Below the pieces are notes generated by a model. The model was not told where the DNA came from. It saw only the letters and a list, made by a program, of their open reading frames with translations, and did no database searches. A stretch of 64,000 nt of DNA from Gemmatimonas sp. (GTDB lineage: Bacteria; Gemmatimonadota; Gemmatimonadetes; Gemmatimonadales; Gemmatimonadaceae). Location: positions 2,848,001-2,912,000 of the forward strand of contig OZ257156.1 in NCBI GenBank assembly GCA_965279375.1, given 5' to 3'. This document shows, in pieces, positions 61,903 to 64,000 of the stretch. Positions within the stretch are counted from its first letter, which is position 1, and each line of letters starts with the position of its first letter. The position numbers were made by a program, and so were the translations under genes.

Positions 61903-63302
61903 TGCGACGGCCGCTCGAAGTCATCTGCCGTGCGGTGGGCATCGGCGCGTTGCTGCTCGCGCTCGCGTTGCTGTGGCGCACGTCGGCGACAGCGGCCACG
62001 CCTGCCGTTTCGCTGACGACTGCCGCGCTGCACGACTCGTCGGCTACGCTACTCGCCAGCGAACTCTCCGCGTTGATCCAGCGTTCGGCGCGCGATTCCA
62101 CGTGGACTGCGATGCAGTTCACGCTCGATCGCGTGCCGTCCTCCGCCGCGCGCGACGTGCTCGCGGCAGCGCGCATGGCCGGCATGCCGATCGCGTGGGC
62201 AGACTCCACCCGAGCGCGCGGCCTGGTTGTCTCCGCCTCCGCCGATGTCGATCCACAGGCTGGTGTGTGGGTGCGCGCGTCCGGACAATCGGGCCAAGCG
62301 CTGGTGCTGCGCGATGCCGCGAGCGTGCTCGACTCGGTCGCCGATGCATCGCGTGGCCTCACGATCCGAGGCGCGCAACTTTCTACAGCTGTCACTGCCG
62401 AGCAAGGGGCATCGCGCGCACGCGTCCGCGTGCCGGCCGTCGCGACGTTGCGTCGCATCCTGCTCTTCGCGCGGCCCGGCTGGGAAGCAAAGTTCGTCAC
62501 CGCCGCGCTCGAGGAGCGCGGATGGCAGGTGGACGGCACGCTCTCGATCGGGCGTCGCGCTTCGGTCACGATCGGCGCCCCGCTGGCACTCGATACGGCG
62601 CGCTACGCTGCCGCGGTCGTGCTCGACAGCGGCGTTGCGACCTCTGCGCAGCTGACCCGTTTCGTTGCACAAGGCGGTGGCGTGGTGCTGGCTGGCGACG
62701 CACTGCTCGGCGCTGGCGCATCGACGCTGCGCCCCGCGAGCGTGACAGGATCGCGTCCGGCGGTCGCAGGCGCCTTGCTCACCAACGCTCCGCGCAACGG
62801 GCTCGATGCGCTGGAGCTTCGTGCCGCACCGACCGCGGTGGTGCTCCAGACGGAGTTGCACGGCGCGACCGCAGAGCCGGCCGTGGTCGCGTGGCGCGTC
62901 GGCGCTGGCCGCGTGCTGGCCAGCGGCTATCGCGAGACGTGGCGGTGGCGCATGGAAGGCAGCACTGACGGCATGGACGCGCATCGCGCGTGGTGGAGCG
63001 GGCTCGTTCGCGCGGTCGCGTTTGCGCCGACCCCCGTCGCTTCCGCGCAGTCCGCCAATGTGTTGAGCCAACCAACCGGCAGCGCCGAGCACGCGCCACG
63101 AACAGCCTTGTGGCCCGGAGACGCGGCGCCCTACGCCGACCTCGTCGCGCGGCTGGGCGAGCCCGTGATCCTTCGGAGCCGTGCCGAGGGCGCACCAGTG
63201 TCCCCGACTCGTCCGGGAGCCTTGCAGTGGCTACTGTACGCGGTGGCGGCGTCCGCGCTGCTGGCTGAGTGGTGCCTTCGTCGTGTGCGAGGCGCACCCT
63301 GA
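61902..63302 (+). CDS. Membrane protein with a class I GATase-like domain (MoxR operon)
   Basis: P.WEAKF, FV.QGGG.V, G.GRV...TWRWRM, H..WW, C-terminal LLAEW.LRR.RG. Confidence 0.7.
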   Translation: MRRPLEVICRAVGIGALLLALALLWRTSATAATPAVSLTTAALHDSSATLLASELSALIQRSARDSTWTAMQFTLDRVPSSAARDVLAAARMAGMPIAWADSTRARGLVVSASADVDPQAGVWVRASGQSGQALVLRDAASVLDSVADASRGLTIRGAQLSTAVTAEQGASRARVRVPAVATLRRILLFARPGWEAKFVTAALEERGWQVDGTLSIGRRASVTIGAPLALDTARYAAAVVLDSGVATSAQLTRFVAQGGGVVLAGDALLGAGASTLRPASVTGSRPAVAGALLTNAPRNGLDALELRAAPTAVVLQTELHGATAEPAVVAWRVGAGRVLASGYRETWRWRMEGSTDGMDAHRAWWSGLVRAVAFAPTPVASAQSANVLSQPTGSAEHAPRTALWPGDAAPYADLVARLGEPVILRSRAEGAPVSPTRPGALQWLLYAVAASALLAEWCLRRVRGAP

Positions 63303-63331
63303 TCGTTCCGCTTCCGCGCTGAGGAATTCCG

Positions 63332-64000
63332 GTGTCTGCAACCGTTGCGTTCATCTCGCACTCCGACTGCGGCCGGCACGACACGGGCTGGGAGCATCCG
63401 GAGCACGTCGGACGGCTGCGCGCCATTCCGCGAGCGCTGCGTTACGAGCCCGAGCTGTTCGACGTGCTGTTGCACCACGAAGGGCGACACGCGACGCGCG
63501 ACGAGCTCGCCTTGGCGCACGACCGCGGCTACATCGAACGCGTCTTCGATACCGTGGCGGACGGTGGCGGCCGGCTCGATCCGGACACCGTCGTCAGCGA
63601 AGGCTCCTGGGACGCGGTGACCGCGGGCGCAGGGTGTGTGCTCGATGGCGTGGACATGGCATTCGACGGCCGCGCGATACGCAGCTTCTCCGCCGTGCGT
63701 CCGCCGGGGCATCACGCGCTGCGCGACCGCGCGATGGGCTTCTGCCTCTTCGGCAACGTGGCGATCGCGGCGCACTACGCCATATCGCGTCATGCGGCAC
63801 AGCGCGTGCTCATCGTGGACTGGGATGTGCACCACGGCAACGGCACGCAGGCGCTCGTGGAACACGAGCCCCGCATTCACTTCGTGTCGATGCACCAGTG
63901 GCCGTGGTATCCGGGAACGGGGGCGGCTGACGATCGCGGTCCGCACGGCTCGGTGTGGAATGTCCCCATGGGGCCATCGTTGCCTTCGGCCGCGTACGTA
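63332..64000 (+). CDS. Histone deacetylase family protein (partial, runs off the window)
   Basis: GTG 63332; HPE...R, RPPGHHA, MGFCLF.N, DWDVHHGNGTQ. Confidence 0.92.
   Translation, partial: MSATVAFISHSDCGRHDTGWEHPEHVGRLRAIPRALRYEPELFDVLLHHEGRHATRDELALAHDRGYIERVFDTVADGGGRLDPDTVVSEGSWDAVTAGAGCVLDGVDMAFDGRAIRSFSAVRPPGHHALRDRAMGFCLFGNVAIAAHYAISRHAAQRVLIVDWDVHHGNGTQALVEHEPRIHFVSMHQWPWYPGTGAADDRGPHGSVWNVPMGPSLPSAAYV

Noticed and set aside
63131..63946. ORFs 63131..63946 (-) and 63181..63930 (+) from the track
   Set aside because: Shadow frames; the real gene is the HDAC frame from 63332, which has no stop in the window and so is missing from the track

Overview
GC-rich bacterial chromosomal window, most likely phylum Gemmatimonadota (inferred from the divergent EF-Tu effector loop and the general gene content; not verified by a search). 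(1) 1-12.5 kb, accessory: three paralogous PMT/ArnT-type (GT-C) membrane glycosyltransferases (one seen only as its C-terminal end), a coupled bcsA-like (GT2+PilZ) and bcsC-like (TPR+beta-barrel) pair with no bcsB/bcsZ, a divergent G8/beta-helix lipoprotein, and an orphan ExbB/MotA-like + ExbD/MotB-like pair. (2) 13-30 kb: fusA-tuf-S10-spc superoperon through secY-adk-map, lacking rpsL/rpsG in front and infA/rpmJ/rpsM behind, with a candidate S8-binding rRNA-mimic leader before rpsH. (3) 30-44 kb: ftcD, suhB-like, trpS, a dehydrogenase, PilT/PilU, a DapA-like aldolase, an AMP-ligase, a photoactive yellow protein, purA, ypdA and glyQS. (4) 44-50.5 kb: egtB-egtD-DUF427-disulfide reductase operon, divergent from an EgtU/Opu-type ABC transporter. 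(5) 50.6-64 kb: an Arg/Asp repeat protein, a TonB-dependent receptor, an SDR, then an operon of a small hypothetical gene, a ubiquitin-like gene and MoxR/DUF58/BatA/DUF4159 genes, and a partial HDAC. No tRNA, rRNA, CRISPR array or mobile element was recognised. All family calls come from motif recognition by eye.
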